Positions 62,413 to 64,000 of a stretch of DNA of 64,000 nucleotides are shown piece by piece. A program made the translations under genes and the position numbers. The stretch's first letter is position 1, and each line of letters opens with the position of its first letter. This stretch comes from Epithemia pelagica (taxonomy: Eukaryota; Protista; Bacillariophyta), in the NCBI GenBank assembly GCA_946965045.2, contig OX337242.1:806001-870000 (forward strand), read 5' to 3'. Below the pieces are notes generated by a model. That model was given only the letters and a program-made list of their open reading frames with translations. It was not told the origin of the DNA and did no database searches.

Positions 62413-63945
62413 ATGGAACAAGATTCCTTGTCCGCAACACATCACAACCCCAAGAATAGTATTCCCCTGGCCTTTTCCTCAACGTTACAAGAAGCTTGTC
62501 GCAGTGTGATTGTTGCCAATTTGGAACGATATCCACCAGAATCCTTGGGTGTGTTGGAAGAACAGGAATGGAATTTACTCATTACCTATCGTCACGAAAA
62601 GACCAAACCCAAAAAGACGAGTAGTACGAATCCAGGCCATGGTGGTGGTGGTGGTTTGGATGGAACGGGTCGTTTAACACCCGCCTTGTCGGACAAATTT
62701 TTGGCGGCCGTCGAAAAGGTGCATCCCGATGAAAAGGTACGAGAAAGCACCGTGGCCGATACCTTGTTGTGGAAAGATTGTGTCAATTTTTCCTTTCGAC
62801 GAGGAGGACTGACTCGACCACGTGTCTTGGAATATCCCTGGCCTCTCTTGGTCCAACGCCTGGAACGAGCCGTCGAAACGACGGCCACACTTCTTCCAGC
62901 CACACTAGTGGATCCGGCTGCCTCCACAACAGTGGACCATTCGGAGGAAACGGCCGAATTAACGTCCGAAACCATGTCCGCAATTCATGATTTGGATGCT
63001 TCTCTCACCGTGTTGGAAGAATCGCCCATTTCGGTCCAATTGTTGGTGGATACGGGAGCAGGCAAGATTCTCAAGAAATCTCTCAAAAAACACAATCCAC
63101 AAGAATCTCATGTACCAGGAGGCATGGAACGTTTGGAACGACTCTTGGACTCGTGGAAACAAGTGGCCCAACGGGAGGGTGTTCAATTGCAACAACAGTC
63201 TCCGACGCCCAAGACCCCGTCCTCCAAAAAGGCCAAGATGGTATCGGGTACGGCGTCCGCCACGAAACATGCCACCACCGACGCCTCGTCCACATTGGAG
63301 GACCAGAATGCCAAGGAAGATTGGACCCTGGCACAATCCTGTCATAGCTGGCGTCAATTGTTTGCCGTTCTGAAACAACGCGAAGAAACCCGACGATCGC
63401 AACAGGGACAACGAATGCGACAAATTCGACAAACCTTGAATCACGATCGACCCAAAATTGTCAAGGTCCGACGAGCGACGGATCAACACCAACGGATCAT
63501 GGCCCATGGAGACCTACGCAAAAAGGCGAGTTTTGGAGCAAGCATTGCGCAACCCACAACACCATCCAATTCCAAAATGGCCCAATTGAAACGAGAAGCT
63601 CAAGTGGTGAGTAGTCGTCAAAATCGTGGAGAACGATCCAATGTGGCCGCTCCGGCACGATTGCAAGCATCGACTCGGAACGGTGGGAGCAGTCTGTTCT
63701 CCATGGCCGTCCAAGGAGCAGCAGGTCGCAAACCCACAGCTCGAACCACCACTCCGGCCGTTCGGGGACGACTGACCCCACCACGATCTACTACGACCAC
63801 CACCACCATTCGACAAGCCTCCAAAGACCGGCCTCAGGCCGCTGTCGTCACCTATCCCAATCGATATAGTCACAAACCCAAAGGTGTCTTGGCCGCGAAA
63901 CCCAAGGCAGCTCCACCTACCATGAAGCAAATTCGGAGAAAGTAA
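62413..63945 (+). CDS. Protein with a TFIIS N-terminal (LW)-like domain and a putative N-terminal BC-box; Elongin A-like
   Basis: STLQEAC (BC-box-like); LTVLEESPISVQLLVDTGAGKILKK...LLDSWK (TFIIS-N-like); basic low-complexity tail; ATG at 62413. Confidence 0.55.
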   Translation: MEQDSLSATHHNPKNSIPLAFSSTLQEACRSVIVANLERYPPESLGVLEEQEWNLLITYRHEKTKPKKTSSTNPGHGGGGGLDGTGRLTPALSDKFLAAVEKVHPDEKVRESTVADTLLWKDCVNFSFRRGGLTRPRVLEYPWPLLVQRLERAVETTATLLPATLVDPAASTTVDHSEETAELTSETMSAIHDLDASLTVLEESPISVQLLVDTGAGKILKKSLKKHNPQESHVPGGMERLERLLDSWKQVAQREGVQLQQQSPTPKTPSSKKAKMVSGTASATKHATTDASSTLEDQNAKEDWTLAQSCHSWRQLFAVLKQREETRRSQQGQRMRQIRQTLNHDRPKIVKVRRATDQHQRIMAHGDLRKKASFGASIAQPTTPSNSKMAQLKREAQVVSSRQNRGERSNVAAPARLQASTRNGGSSLFSMAVQGAAGRKPTARTTTPAVRGRLTPPRSTTTTTTIRQASKDRPQAAVVTYPNRYSHKPKGVLAAKPKAAPPTMKQIRRK

Positions 63946-64000
63946 ACAACATCCGATTGCATCGCCAAACTTGCCAAGTGAAGTTGACGAATCACTTCAT

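Overview
Eukaryotic nuclear DNA, most consistent with a pennate diatom. This is inferred from short GT-AG introns, PPR, ankyrin and KGKG-repeat proteins, ASAFAP-like and RXL motifs, and a cytosolic GapC. The main feature is an 11.2-kb minus-strand retroelement (2079-13298) bounded by 145-bp direct repeats (144/145 identical). It carries two unrelated, apparently intact reverse-transcriptase systems in one orientation. The first is a full-length Penelope-like RT + GIY-YIG ORF (Naiad-type motifs) with a hammerhead-like RNA fold in its 3' coding end. The second is a Ngaro/DIRS-type module: gag-like ORF1, CCCH-finger ORF2, RT-RNase H and an overlapping tyrosine recombinase. ORF1, ORF2 and RT-RH lie in one reading frame separated only by single TAG and TGA codons. 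The remaining ~50 kb holds host genes: RBBP5, a PDK1-like kinase, an S49 peptidase, an aldo-keto reductase, a DUF4460-like protein, a prolyl 4-hydroxylase-like protein, GAPDH, ankyrin, PPR, MATE, U-box, a GlcNAc-transferase and a TFIIS-N-domain protein. It also holds three secreted Pro-rich cell-wall-like proteins sharing an FP(C/F)PG motif, a reciprocally decayed duplication of the ankyrin/PPR head-to-head pair, a 113-nt hairpin, a candidate MITE and several short tandem duplications. No rRNA, tRNA or CRISPR array was seen. All family assignments come from motifs read by eye; no database search was run.
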